Source of the DNA: Enoplolaimus lenunculus
Taxonomy: Eukaryota
Assembly (NCBI GenBank): GCA_030248215.1
Contig: JASANG010003810.1
Coordinates: 248,001-312,000 of the forward strand
Direction of reading: 5' to 3'
Length of the DNA stretch: 64,000 bases
Part shown: one piece after another, positions 63,643 through 64,000 of the stretch
Numbering within the stretch: the stretch's first letter is position 1
Layout: every line of letters begins with the position of its first letter
Position numbers and translations under genes: made by a program
Notes under the pieces: generated by a model
Told to the model about the DNA's origin: nothing
Seen by the model: the letters and a program-made list of their open reading frames with translations, nothing else
Databases searched by the model: none

Positions 63643-64000
63643 ACAAAAGTGGGTAATTTTTCCGAATCAATATATTTGTTCCAACTGTCAGTTGGACTAC
63701 ATTGGTTCGACCAATCGACAATTTTTTAAACGCATTTGCGAGCACCAGCAGTTTCCAGATAGCACCCTCAATCAAACTAAGTCAAGTTCAACATTCAAGT
63801 CAACTATCACAGACGACAGTCACAGTTGCGGTCTTTTTTACTTTTCTACAATCTCTGCCAGTTCTCGTCAGAGCACCCCCTCTAGATACAACTTCGCTCT
63901 CTATGACCTCGAATCACTCTTCATACGCGATTTACGACCTAAATTGAATCTGCAGAGCAATACTTATCGCTATAGAATAATTGTCACCAAAATTTTCATC
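63643..64000 (+). mobile_element. Penelope-like retroelement fragment (GIY-YIG endonuclease)
   Basis: Stop-free frame from about 63668 to the window end: QYICSNCQLDYIGSTNRQFFKRICEH...LYDLESLFIRDLRPKLNLQ, matching the CxxC-YIG-T-R-R-EH and E-x3-I-P-LN pattern of Penelope-type endonucleases. Confidence 0.75.

Overview
AT-rich, intron-rich animal genomic DNA, most likely a nematode (TTTCAG/TTTTAG acceptors, TTAGGC repeats, nematode-like Dicer); I cannot name the species. I assembled three spliced genes by hand. (1) The 5' part of cytosolic isoleucyl-tRNA synthetase (- strand, 14 exons, runs off the left edge). (2) A complete Dicer-1, head-to-head with it (+ strand, 30 exons, about 2250 aa). (3) A beta-arrestin convergent with Dicer (- strand, 14 exons, about 447 aa). 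Introns and intergenic DNA hold many MITEs, Helentron/DINE-like elements, a minisatellite, an 830-bp foldback and a Penelope-like GIY-YIG fragment. The most notable signal is a set of miniature LTR retrotransposons (TRIMs) whose LTRs each contain a tRNA-like Pol III cassette. Two full elements (TG...CA/TA termini, PBS, PPT, 5-bp TSDs) bracket Dicer exon 1, and two nested solo LTRs with perfect 5-bp TSDs lie upstream of arrestin. The PBS may be complementary to the element's own tRNA. Also notable are a five-fold tandem duplication of a Dicer 3' splice site and a non-AG acceptor in arrestin. Coordinates were counted by eye and may be off by a few bases.
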